Of a stretch of DNA of 64,000 bases, positions 12,857-24,800 are shown in pieces. Numbering within the stretch: position 1 is the stretch's first letter; each line of letters opens with the position of its first letter. The stretch spans positions 960,089 through 1,024,088 of the forward strand of contig NW_003314330.1 of assembly GCF_000143415.4 (NCBI RefSeq), in the 5' to 3' direction. This DNA is from Selaginella moellendorffii (lineage: Eukaryota > Plantae > Lycopodiophyta). Under the pieces are notes generated by a model. That model worked only from the letters and a program-made list of their open reading frames with translations. It was not told the DNA's origin and searched no databases. Both the position numbers and the translations under genes were made by a program.

Positions 12857-12897
12857 GCTTTCACGAGCCGTACCACTGTCCTGTCCGCTACCTAATT

Positions 12898-14676
12898 ATG
12901 GACGGGCATTTAGGCCGCACGGCTGTCGTGGTGGAGAACAAGAAGATCGACCTGTACGGACGGCGTGGCAGCGTGAGAGAGGCGAGGGAGATTTTCGACG
13001 CCATAGCTGACAAGAATGCCTACTCGTGGGTGTTGATGCTCTGCGCCTATTCGCGCAATGGGCTCGTCCGGGAGGCCAAGCTCGTCTTCGATGGAATGCC
13101 CGAGCACACCATCGTCTCGCGCAACGCCATGCTCGTCGCCTTCGCCCAGAACGGATTCGTGGACGACGCGCAGCGCCTGTTTGATTCCATGCCCTGGCGC
13201 GACATTGTGTCGTGGAATTCGCTCCTCGCGGCGTATGCCAAGCTGGGGCAAATCCACACGGCGGAGCTTCTCTTTCGATTGATGCCGGACAGGAATCTCG
13301 TCACCTGGAACTCTCTCTTATCAGCTTTTGCGAAAGGTGGCAATGCTCTGGAGGCCAGGAGGATGTTTTCCGCCATGCCACAGTGGGATCTTTTCTCCTG
13401 GAACTCGCTTCTTGCAGCAGTTGCCCAACTTGGGCATATAGAATCAGTGAAAACAATTTTTGATCGAATGCCTGAGCGTGATGGGGTGTCGTGGAATTCC
13501 GTTTTGAATCTTTTTTGTCAAACCGGATATATCCACCATGCTGAAACACTGTTCGAAAAAATGCCGCAGCATAATCTTGTCAGCTGGACCTTGATGCTTG
13601 TAGCCAATGCCCAATTGGGGCATTTGCGAAAAACAAAGAGTCTGTGGTTAAAGATGCCGCAAAGAGATCTGGTTTCCTGGACGACCATGATCAACGCATG
13701 TGTCGCGCACGGCGATTTTGCTGAGGCCAAGCGACTGTTTGACGACATGCCGCAGAGGGATTCGGTATCGCAGACTGCCATGGTTGCAGCTTATGCCCAA
13801 TGCGGGCATCTTGATCTTGCGACGCGATTGTTACAGGATATGCCTCGGCACAATCTTCTGTGTTGGAACGCAATCCTCGCGGCGACCGCTGCTGAAGGCC
13901 GGATAAGTAGAGCAAGCCAGATCTTTGAGGAAATGCCCGAGCAAGACATCGTTTCTTGGAGCACCATGCTTTCGGCATATGCCCAGAACGGTCTCTTGGA
14001 CGAAGCCAAGCAAACTTTTGGACTGATGCCTCAGCACAACTCCACGTCTTCGACAGCCATGCTTGCGTCGTATGCGCAGCACAAGCAGCTGCGAGAGTCC
14101 AAGGTTTTGTTCGACAACATGCTGGAACGCGACGTGGTTTCGTGGACTGCGATGCTCGCAGCGTATGCTCACAATGGTCACGTCAGGCATTCCGAAAGGC
14201 TGTTTGAGTCGCTTCCCGAACGGGACACCATCTGCTGGAGCGCTATGCTTGCCGCTCTTGTTCAAAACGGGCTCTACTTGGAAGCTTTTGTTGTTTTTGA
14301 CGAGATGAAGATGGCGGGATCAATTGACAAGGTGTGTTTTGTATCGATCCTCATTGCTTGCAGCCAGGGAGGGAAGGTTTCCACTGCAAAATCGCTCTTC
14401 GTGTCGATGAGTCTTGATTTTGGGTTTCAACCGAGCAAGCAGCACTATTGCTGCATGATCGATGTCTTTGGGCGAGCCGGGCATTTGGAAAATGCGCAAG
14501 ATCTTGTAGCTAACATGCCATATGTACCAGATTCGATTCAGTGGAGGTGCTTGTTTGGAGCAAGCCGAAGTAACAATGATGCTCAACATGGAGCTTCGGT
14601 TGCTAGGGAAATAATCGGACTAGAAAAAGAACATTCTGCTTCATATAAGCTATTTGCCAACTTGATAAGGTTGTAA
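12898..14676 (+). CDS. PLS-class PPR protein with E domain, single exon (cassette unit 1)
   Basis: 592-aa ORF with tandem ~31-aa repeats (FDxMPxxDxVSWxxML), HYCCMIDVFGRAGHL and an E motif. Confidence 0.92.
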   Translation: MDGHLGRTAVVVENKKIDLYGRRGSVREAREIFDAIADKNAYSWVLMLCAYSRNGLVREAKLVFDGMPEHTIVSRNAMLVAFAQNGFVDDAQRLFDSMPWRDIVSWNSLLAAYAKLGQIHTAELLFRLMPDRNLVTWNSLLSAFAKGGNALEARRMFSAMPQWDLFSWNSLLAAVAQLGHIESVKTIFDRMPERDGVSWNSVLNLFCQTGYIHHAETLFEKMPQHNLVSWTLMLVANAQLGHLRKTKSLWLKMPQRDLVSWTTMINACVAHGDFAEAKRLFDDMPQRDSVSQTAMVAAYAQCGHLDLATRLLQDMPRHNLLCWNAILAATAAEGRISRASQIFEEMPEQDIVSWSTMLSAYAQNGLLDEAKQTFGLMPQHNSTSSTAMLASYAQHKQLRESKVLFDNMLERDVVSWTAMLAAYAHNGHVRHSERLFESLPERDTICWSAMLAALVQNGLYLEAFVVFDEMKMAGSIDKVCFVSILIACSQGGKVSTAKSLFVSMSLDFGFQPSKQHYCCMIDVFGRAGHLENAQDLVANMPYVPDSIQWRCLFGASRSNNDAQHGASVAREIIGLEKEHSASYKLFANLIRL

Positions 14677-14872
14677 TTTTTTTTATTTATCCGTCATTTA
14701 GGCCCTTTAGTTTGAATAAACTGTAAATCTATACCTTTAGTTTTAACATAACTAACCGCTATTCTTACCTTTAATCTGGGATACTTACAAAATGTATGGC
14801 GAGATTACCAATAAAATGTAGTGAATTTAACAATGTTCTGTGTTTTCTGAAACAGGTTATTTGGAAAATATT

Positions 14873-16057
14873 ATGGCTGGTGTGAGAGCAATGGTGGATT
14901 TGGGTATAGATCATGTACCAAATGAATATTTGACATCCATATGCAAAGGCATAACCATCAAAGCTCCAAACAACCTCCCAATTATTGACTTAAGTGGCAT
15001 AGATAGTGATGATTTGAAAAGAAAATCAGCAGCTGAAGCAATTCATCTAGCATGCCAGAAATGGGGTTTTTTCCAGGTAAATAATCTCTTCTGAAATGCT
15101 TTGCAAATTGTTCTAGTCAGGTCATCGGCCATGGGATATCTAACGAGCTTATGCAAGACATCATCAAAATGGTCCATTACTTCTTTAACTTGCCTGCCAA
15201 GGAAAGGATGGTTTACTACTCAACAGATATCTACAAGAGCTTTAGATTCTCCACAGGATCCATAGCAAGTGCAAAGAAGAAGTTTTGGAGCGACTATTTG
15301 TTCCAGCACTGTCAGCCAGCACTTCACGAGGATGATGTACCAGAAAATATTCCAAATTACAGGTACAAACTTTCCTTTAACAGATCTTCTTCTTTTTTTC
15401 TTCTGTTTTAACACTATATATTCATTATAACAAAGGAAAATTACAAGCAATTACGCCAAGGCTGTGGACGAACTTGCCAGAAAACTATTGCGAATTATTG
15501 CTCAAAACCTTGGTCTAGGTTGGCAGATCCTGGAGAAACACTTGGATCCTCCCAAGCAAACCATGAAGATGACATATTATCCACAGTGTCCATACCCTGA
15601 TCAAGCAATTGGCATAGGTTGCCATGCTGATCCAGGAACCATAACGGTATTACAACAAGAACTTGGAGTTGAGGGCCTTGAGGTTAACTACAATGGCCAA
15701 TGGATTCCTGTGAAGCCAGTTGAAGGCGCATTAGTCATTAATGTAGCAGACATGCTCCAGGTGAAATAATTTGATGACATTTTCTATGAGCTCTTAGTTT
15801 CCCTCTTACAGATACTAAGCAACAATAAATATAAGAGTGCGGAGCATCGAGTTCTAGTGAACACTAAGAGGCCACGAGTTTCAATTGCTTCATTTTATGG
15901 TCCTACAGATGATAAACATATTGCCCCACTGGAGGAGTTGCTAGGTGACAATCCTCCCATGTTCAAAGCATGCTTGTTCAGAGAGTACATGGACAGCTTC
16001 TACAAGAACCACCTTGGGACGCGAAACATTGAGACACTCAGAATCCTAAACAACTGA
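14873..16057 (+). CDS. 2-oxoglutarate/Fe(II) dioxygenase, DMR6/DLO-like, 4 exons, intact (unit 1)
   Basis: PIIDLSG, ACQKWGFFQV, WSDYLFQHCQP, YYPQCP, HADPG (HxD), EHRV (H), RVSIASF (RxS). Confidence 0.88.
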
Positions 16058-16349
16058 TTATAGGAAACATATTGTCATGATAATACATTAATCCGATCCT
16101 AATATCATTAATACTACTAAGGCTGGCATGACTGTGGCATTCCATCTGAAAGCTGTTTTACAACAGAGTTCGTGCAGTTTATATACTATATTCTTTCACG
16201 GGACTCTTGTTTGCATGTTGCTGTCCAAGAAGGCTGCATGCTCAAAGCCAAAGCAAAGGCTGCACAACATTTCCCGTCTACACAAGGAGTTTCTTCTCCT
16301 CTTGGTAGCAGTCGATTATAGCAAGGGAGAGAAGTTTCAGAGCTGTGCA

Positions 16350-17032
16350 ATGGCTGCATTGTTGAGATCCTTCGTTGTTCTCCTGGTATACAGATTAGCT
16401 CATTACTCCACTCCATTGATGTTTCTTCGGTCCATTCCCAGTAATGAATTTTGTTGTTTTCTCGTAGCTTGTCGTCGTCGCGGTGGAAGCGCGCTCCTGG
16501 TCTCCGCTCTACGGCACCAACGCGGGTGTGGGATTCAACGACACGAGTTCTTCCTCGGCGATCAAAACGCTCACCGGAATCCGCGTACACTACGGCTGGG
16601 TGATCGACGGCATCCAGGGACAATACACCACCGGCAGCTCTTCAACCTGGATGCCTAACCACGGCACAACCACGCAATTCACAGAGGTCAGTCGCCCAAA
16701 AGAACCAAAATGAGCGTTTCTAATTTCAATCATTCCATTCCATGACGCAGATCCAACTCGCCTATCCGTCGGAGAGGTTCGTGCGCGCCACTGGCAAGTA
16801 CGGGCCGTACAGCAGCGAGAAGAACCAGGGTGTCACGGTGACGGAGCTGTCGTTCGTCACGTACAACAACATCACCGGCACGAGCGTCACGTACGGCCCG
16901 TACGGCGGGCATGAGATGAGCAGCCAGACGAGCTTCCAGACGGCGGACGCGAGCGAGATCGTGGGCTTGTATGGATTCACCTCGGACTACATGCGCGGAA
17001 TTGGTTTCGCGCTCGAGCCTGCCAAGAACTAG
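16350..17032 (+). CDS. Secreted jacalin-related lectin, 3 exons (unit 1)
   Basis: Spliced N-terminus MAALLRSFVVLLLVVVAVEA is signal-peptide-like. GIRVHYGWVIDGIQ, LSFVTY, YGPYGG and IVGLYG...YMRGIG are jacalin beta-prism motifs. Confidence 0.8.
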
Positions 17033-17362
17033 AAACTTGGATATAGATGATTAATCATCATACCATGAATCTATCTATCTACCAACCATTGCTAATTTAC
17101 AGTTGAACTTGAGAATGTAGCCACTGTTTCAATAGTCTTGCGCCAATTACGCGTAGATGCGATAAATCCTCCTGAGCGAGGAGCACTTTGAGCTTGGAGC
17201 TGCAGAGCTCATAAAGTCAATGGAAGGCAAAAAAAGTCCAAGAAAGCCTCTATTACCTTTATTGACCTTGACAAATTGAGTTGAGTTGTCCGTTAATATT
17301 GTTACTACTGTTTATTACTTAATCTTTTAAGGTAACTTCCAGATATCAGTATGTATCAGATG

Positions 17363-17858
17363 TCAATATGGTTTCTGGCCTATATAATTTCCTGGCGGAT
17401 CATAGTTGCAACTAACAAGATAAGAATTCATACCATTGCACTGGACATAAGCGCATCCGACTCGAACAGAGCGTGTAGTGTCCACAGACCTTCCCCGCCG
17501 CGCAAGTGTTTGACGCATAGTTGTAGTCGACTTGCTCGTTCACCCAGGCAGCCACAGCGTCAGTGGCGGGAGGAGCAGGCAAGCCGGGACTTCCCCACCA
17601 CTGCCACAGATTCTCTCCATATCTCCCACCCGAGTGGATCAGCGCGCAGTTCTTTTGATCCCGGAGAGTTGCCGCCCAGCTTGATGCAAACGCGGGCACT
17701 GTATCGTCCCAAACCAACCCCGAGACATTCACAGCCGGCCGAGCTGCGTTGTGCGCGTCGACAAGATCACTCTGCTGGCTTGCTTGAAGAACAACCAAAG
17801 CATCACAAGAGACGATCGCCAGAGTTGCAAAGAGGAGAGGAGAGCAAGGAGATTTCAT
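17363..17858 (-). pseudogene. PR-1 (CAP domain) pseudogene (unit 1)
   Basis: Relative to 42823-43335 it lacks 17 nt (gttcttccacacaacct), which removes QVVWKN and shifts the frame. Confidence 0.88.
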
Positions 17859-18789
17859 GTTGCTGGGGCGATGTTCACAATCAAGAGCAAACTCCTACGG
17901 TTATATGCAAAGTCGTTGTTCTGATCGAGTTTTTCCACTTGTGGCGCCGACTTAGCGCTTGCGATTGTACACGATTTTTTGCTGTGACGGTGACCCATGA
18001 TTCGAGTACGTTTTAGTTTGGTGCTCCATGACTTTAGCCGCCTCTTTTTCTTCCACTGCTCGAGGAGCTTCTCTTCCGGACACCCTCTGGATACAAATTC
18101 ATGGATCTTTCTTTGGCAGTTTCCTCAAGCAACTTGAATCATCCACATGAATCCATTACCAACACTTCAGTGTTTGCGTGAACTAACTGTATCCCACACA
18201 AAGGATTCTATTTTGTATTCAAGGTGGTGGTGATGGTCTTTATCTTGGGATTAAAGACTGCAAAATAAGCATACAAACCATGACAGACAGCAGTTGGTCC
18301 TTGTCAGCGATTTAAACAGCGAAGCAAACATTCCAGGCTCAGTAATCTAGTCTAATCCTCGAAACCAAAGAAAAAAAACCCGTGCAATCGCAAATCTCTC
18401 ACTTGCACATGTTCCATCCACCCCCAAGATTTTTGACACATTTTATTACACTGGTTGGTGTGCCAACATCGCCAACTTTGAGAGATTTTAAGACACCCCA
18501 AAAGAGCAAATCATTCTATCGTCTCTTTTGAATTCATCTTCACTTGAGTGAATCTGAGAGAGAGGAAAGAGAAAAGTTACAGAATTGAAAGAAAATCTTA
18601 TATAACACACCGGTGGGTAATCCTGTCTTCTACTCCTAAAAAATCTCCTTGTTTCCTAGTGGGGCTCGATCTGTACAGCTTTGTTTTTGTTCTTCCATCG
18701 TCACTCTCAAACTTTTCTCAAATCTCTTCCAGTGTGAAGCTTCACAAAACGAAAAAAAGAAGAATTACATTAGAGCCATCAATCCTAAA

Positions 18790-19525
18790 TGCGGCACCCC
18801 CGTCCCCGCTGTCCACGTCATACGCCGCGTTGGTAGCCTCCCCCATGTCCAGGGGTTCGATTCCCGGCGCCGACGCCCTCGGGAGGAGGTCGCGGGGTCG
18901 ATTCCAGTGGGCGCGCCGGGATGGTCGAGTGGAGGACCCCGAGAGGAGTGAAGCTCTTCTTGATCACCCCGAGGAGACCGATCGGCTGCGCCACAGGCGA
19001 TCGCGATCGGCGTGCACGCCGCGGTGGTGGAAATCGTCGTTCCGGGCCCGGGAGGGAACAAATTCGTCTCCACGGCGCCGTTGTGGCTGGATTTTCTTCC
19101 TCTTGCGCAGCCCAAAGAAGGAGGAGATCCAGGAGAGCTTGCCGCCGCCGCCGCTGTGGTGATGGGGATTCCTGGCGCCGCGATGATCCCTGTAAACGTG
19201 ATGAGCCACGGGCGTGGCGGATGCCGATACCAGGGGACTGTGATAGGACCCGGCGGCATTTGCCTTGCAGTTCCGCGTGGAGAAGAATCCATCCGCTGGA
19301 AACCCTCCTTCCCCCCCATTTCTTGAATCGGGAGCGGCAAATCGAGCAAATGTTGGTGCTGGAGCTCCGCCGCGGCGGGTGCTGCTGCTGCCACTGCGAG
19401 AGAGGAATTCGGTGGCTGCTGGAAGAATCGCCCGAGAGAGAGAGCCGGAGGAGGCGATCCCGGAGGCACAAGTGACCGGCTGCCTCTTGCTGGGATGAAC
19501 CAAGCACACGCCTGGATCCATCGCC
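18790..19525 (-). pseudogene. Deleted and frameshifted copy of the DUF740/OCTOPUS-like gene (unit 1)
   Basis: Matches 48933-50246 and its 3' flank, with several large deletions. Confidence 0.85.
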
Positions 19526-19719
19526 AAATCGATCTAGTAGCAGCTCGCGTTGGGAGGATACCACCGCAAAAATCCCGTCGACATGGCCCGCCCGCGTTGT
19601 CGGTGAGTGAATTGGGTGTGATCGATCTTGTTGCCAATCTTTGTCTCGGATCCAAATGGACAGCCATGGAGCGCACTTTTGGATGGCGCCACCACGAAGC
19701 TCGAGCCAAGCAGCGGACG

Positions 19720-20185
19720 TGAAGGAGAAGTCACCGTTCCGGTGTCAAGCCGCGTGTCTTGCAGTGGATGTATATCTGCATCCTGGCTAACCAAAGCCCA
19801 AGAACGTCAACTTTCCGTTTCAAGTTGGAATTTTTGGTGACCATCCGACGGTTGCAGAGGTACTCTTGTAACTTCGCTAATTTTCCGTTCACAGGAAAGG
19901 GGGACATCATTGCTTTGGGAACTGATGGCCTTTTTGACAATCTCTTCAACGACGACATAACCGAAGTTCTTAAAAATTCTCTTGGGTCCGACCAAGTCAA
20001 CTTGAAGGTGAACTCTCGCTGTTGACGAATCTCAAGATCACCAGGCAGCTGCAGCAGACCGTGTAGCTGGGGCTCAGGCCGAGCGTTTGGACAGCCCGTT
20101 TGCCAGGGCGGCTGCAAAGGCGAGAATGAATTGGAGCGGTGGAAAGCTAGATGATACCACGGCAGTTGTGGCGTTTGTGACGTGA
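19720..20185 (+). pseudogene. 3' fragment of a PTC7-type PP2C phosphatase
   Basis: GDIIALGTDGLFDNLFNDDI, SPFARAAAKA and GGKLDDTTAVVAFV-stop. Confidence 0.75.
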
Positions 20186-20214
20186 TATTAAGGGTAAACT
20201 TTTCAACCAGTTTT

Positions 20215-20415
20215 TGTGGAGGCCAGTGGAGCAGGGCAAGAAGGCATAATTTGGCTCACACCACTCCTCCTTGCAGCTTTCCTGAGCCTCAACACGGACG
20301 GAAATCCCACTTTGTCAACTGATGATTTGGTACTGATGAGCTGAGCAGCTGCCGCTGCCAATGAAGCATGCAAGCAGCATAAAGATTGGCAAGATGTAGC
20401 CTCTCATTCTCATGA
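20215..20415 (-). pseudogene. 5' fragment of an NCL (Na+/Ca2+ exchanger-like) gene
   Basis: Paralogue of 44770-44971; signal-like start followed by EEWCEPNYAFLPCSTG. Confidence 0.55.
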
Positions 20416-20699
20416 TCAAAAGGTCACCCCCTGGTTGATGGAAAAGTATGCATCAATTGTGTAAGATAAAGGGGAATTATTCTTTCATATGTTCTTTATT
20501 GATATATAATTAGAAGTATTATTAATAATGACTTTGAATAACATTTTCAACACTAATATCCAAAATGACAGGTCTAAGTTACTCCTAAAGCCTAAGTTAA
20601 CACTTTGCCAAAATATTGAGTTATGAATAAAAGTAACTATAAAGTTTATGAATGATTTGTTCTTTATATCAAATCATCACTATTGTATATTCAAATTGA

Positions 20700-21420
20700 G
20701 CCTATCTATCACGAAAAGGAGTTAGTTTTTTTTTTATTAAAGTATAGTGATGAGTGAGTTGAGTAATACAAAACTCTTTGTAATAAAAAATCCTCGATGC
20801 AGCATTAGGTCTGGCATTACAAGTGGCTGCAATTATTGCACAAAAAAACAGGTTTTTCACAACATTAAATGCCATGACATTCAAGACAATGAACTTTGAT
20901 ATCACATCATCTAAGTTTATGTTTCTTGCATCATCAAGTATTTCCCCAATGTTGCCATCTCACATTCACTTTCAACCAATAAATGATCCTGCATAGCTTA
21001 TGAAGTATTTATAGGCTGAGATTGATTAACATTTTCTATACAAGCTCCAAAAGCAGATGCCCCATCAAAATGCTGACTCTCTGTAAATTTGTTGTAAAAA
21101 GTAAAGACAAAAGCACATTTGTGATTTACTCCACAAACATTCAGTAAATTTGATTCTGAATATGAAGAGGAATGTTTGAAGCACTACATGTTTCAATATC
21201 ATGCCCAAGAATTTTAGCAAAATGTGTTAACCATCATACATTTTTCCATAATAATTACATTTCCAATGCCCAAGTCTTTTGCCAGAAGCATAAGGAGTGA
21301 GCTTGGCAATATAGGACTATGCCTAATCAAGCACCATTGTTCAATTGTGCCAGAATTGCTCTATGAAATCACTAGAATCGTAATTTCTATTTTAGGGCAA
21401 AAATTACAGTTCATGTGAAG
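20700..21420 (-). mobile_element. Decayed hAT-like DNA transposase remnant
   Basis: AT-rich. Minus strand gives HWKCNYYGK...THFAKILGHDIETC (degenerate BED finger) and ISKFIVLNVMAFNVVKNLFF (hAT N-terminal FNVV motif). Confidence 0.5.
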
Positions 21421-21599
21421 CCTCAGTGAGCTGCTCCATACTCAATCTAAAGTGGGGCCGACCAACTGGAGAGTGTCACCTTGGAGAGCTTGGTACGCAC
21501 GCAGCTCCTATAGCCCTCTGTAAGGAACCAACTCTCTGAGGTGTCATAGGCTAAAGGATCCCCAAAAGCATAACCGAAATAACAAAGAGTTTATCGGAT

Positions 21600-21880
21600 G
21601 GAACCGAGTCTGAGATCGAGTCCAAGACCGACTCTGAGACCAAGTTCGAGATAGAGTCCGGGATCAAGTCTGAGGCTGACTCGGAGACCGAGTTCGAGGC
21701 CGAGCTTGAGACTGAGTTCGAGACAGAGTTCGAGATCGGGTCCGAGACTGAGTCCGAGGTCGAGTCCGAAGTTGAGTCTGAGATCAGGTCCGAGATCAAG
21801 TCCGAGATCGAGTCCGAGACCGAGTTCAAAGTTAGGTCCGAGATCAAGTCCAAAATCGAGTCCGAGACCGAGTCCGAGTA
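21600..21880 (+). repeat. Degenerate hexamer array (gagtcc/gagacc/gagatc) in the outer LTR; counterpart at 29485-29745
   Basis: Seen directly. Confidence 0.85.
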
Positions 21881-24800
21881 CTAATATAGGTTAAGGGGTG
21901 AAAGCCCAAAGCGTGCGTCTCCCAGGGAGGGGGGCTGCAAGGGGTTCCAAAAATATAGTAGGGATAGTGAGGTCCAGGAACCAGTCTTGAAGGAACTCTC
22001 TAGTGGTGCTTCTAAACTGACTTGAGGTTGAGACTAGGGCCAAGGGGCCTTGGGTAGGAGTGAGCATGGACTCGGGTGGTGCCGGAGGGGCCACCCAAGT
22101 GTTCAAGAGCAACTCCCACTTCTGAAAGGAAAACCAACCACTTGAGTACCTTGTGGCTCATTGGTCCTCGCCCTTCCTAGGGGCTTGGGCCTTCCCTTCG
22201 GGATGGAGGGGGGGGGGTAGAGGTACCCATATTGGTCTGTTATGCCACGGTGTTTCGCCCCGGTGTCCTGAAGCAAGTGTTGCACCTAAGGCTTGGGATT
22301 TAGAGGGTTCTATAATCAAATCTTGTTGTAAGGGATATTAGGAACCTGGAGGCTTGTGTGCTTGGCTGCTTGTGCTTGCGGGGAGTGTAGCTGAAAGTCC
22401 AATTTAACCCGGGGAGGGGGATTGGGAGAGATTTGGGAATCCGTGGATGGATGGCTAATGCTCCGTTGCTCGTGTAATGAGTAATTGAAACCAAGTAGGA
22501 CCAAGTAGGAGTTGGTACAATAGACGGGAACCTTGGTGAGGGAACTTAGCAAAAACCAAGGCAGTGTTGGTCAGATAGATGAGGTAAGTTGGCAAATTGA
22601 AAAGGAAAAATTTGAGGCTTACAATTTGGTATCGAAACCTTTTCCTCAGTTCTAGCGAAGGATAGAAGCGGATTGCTGGGAGATGGCAAAGGCAGAGTAG
22701 AAACGAACTAAGGCGGAGATAGAACCTCCTCTAGAGCTGGAGCCTCCGGTCGAACAAGAGGTTATGGATGAGGAATCCTTGCATGAGGAGAACTCTAGTG
22801 AGGAAACTTCCAAACAGAAGTCTGGTGGTGAGGTTCGGTCGTCCAAGGCTCGATTGAACATTCTAGAAGGACAATTGGCACAAACCAGTGCCTTGTTGGA
22901 GACTCTCGTATGCAAGCTAAAGTGTGATGAGAAGCAGAAGAAAAGGCAAAAGACTGCGGAGGCTGGTAGCACAAAAGGTGTAGACCCTTTGGCAGGGATT
23001 GAGGCAAAACCAAACAAGGTCGAACAGACCGAAGTGAAATCAGTCCCTCAGGCAGTTCCCAAGTACAAACCAAAGCCCCCACCAATTTTCAAGGGAGTGA
23101 ATGACTATAAGGTGGTGGAGGATTGGTTTTACAATATGGAGGACTATTTCCGAGTGTTTCGGTTACCGAGCTCGGAGAAGTTCCCATGTGTAAAACCATA
23201 CTTAACAAATAATGCCAAGTCTTGGTGGAGAACGACAGAGGCCAACAAAAGATCGGTGGCCACTTGGGAAATGATGAAGGTGAGGATTCATGTGACTTAC
23301 GTTCTTCCAAATCCTACTTTGCATCTAAAAGATGAGCTGAGTAGGTTGAAGCAAACCAGAACCATTCAGGAGTATGTGAATTGGTTTATGGCAAAGAGGA
23401 TACTTGTTACGGATATAGGGGATATGGATACGTTCCATGCCTTCATATCAGACTTGCAAACCTAGGCTCGCAGTGAGGTGATACGTTGGAACCCAACCAA
23501 CTACAAGGAAGCGTTGGATGCAACCGTCAAGGTGTATTTCATCAATAACCTGTGAAAGGGGAACACGATGGGGTCGGGGTCCACGTTTAGCAAAGGGGCC
23601 AAACCAAGGGGAACATATAGCAAAGGGAAATTCAAGAAGAGTTTCTCTAAGAATGAGTCCTCAGGGTTCCAAAAAGGCAAATCCGGTGGTCAGCGAGCAA
23701 GTACGTGGGGGAGTTAAGCAAAAAGAGATAAACCCATGGATAAAAAGGTCCAGTCAGTTAGCAGTGTGGGAAACAACATATACTACAACTGCGGTGAAGC
23801 AGGACACTTTTTGAGGGAATGTCTCTACTCGAAGAAGGCCAGAGCCAATATGGCCATTAAGTCGGGTGAAATCCAAATTGAGGTATGTGATCCAGTCCCT
23901 AGCTCAAAGTTACTCATTACACGAGCAACTTTGGTAGAGAGTCGTTCACGACATCTACTATCCCTCTGAGGGAAGCTCGGAGGTAGCTTTGTTAAGATCC
24001 TTATTGACACGAGTGCTTCGGATAATTTTGTGGCTACAGACATAGTCTGGCAAGCCGGACTAACAGTGCAGCGGTTGGGCGAACCAAGGACTATAGAGTT
24101 TGTTCAAGGTAGCCAAAGCACCGATGAGGTACTTCAACAAGCAAGAGTCGAAGTAGGGACATGGAAAGTAGACATGGATTTCACCATGTTGAACATGGCG
24201 GGATTTAACGTGATCTTCGGGATGGATTGGTTCAATCGATTCATGGTAGCCCTACATGGATAAAGTAGGAACCTTGTGGTATTAGCGAATGCCCAAGGAA
24301 GAAGATCCAGGGTGGAGGCTCAGGATCTAAAGGTAGAGCAATGCAAGGTCAAAGATTCTTGCCTAAACCTGGTGTTCACGAGAGGACAAATCATTAAAGG
24401 AACCAAGGTAGCATTTTTGTGCTTACTCTCAATGAAGAGTGACAAAAAGACGGGAACAGAAGAAATACCTTTAATGATCCAGCGGGTGTTAAACCAATTC
24501 CAGGATACCATGCCGGAGGAGCTACCGGCGGGGTTGCCCCCTGCACGACCGATAGAACATAAGATTGAGCTAGTCGAGGGTGTTGAGGTGGTGGTTCGTC
24601 CCATCGTTTGAACAAAAAAGAACTCGAGGAGCTCAAGCGCCAACTAAAGGAGTTGGTGGACAAAAGGTATGTTAGGTTGAGCAAGTCGCTATATGGGGCA
24701 TCGATGTTATTTGTGAAAAAGAAAGATAGATCTATGCGTATGCGCATAGACTACTGGTTGCTCAACAAGTATACAAAGAAGAACAAGTACCCTTTGCCAA

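Noticed and set aside
17351-18016. 221-aa plus-strand ORF repeated at 42987 and 47566
   Set aside because: Antisense shadow of PR-1; its recurrence is explained by recent duplication.
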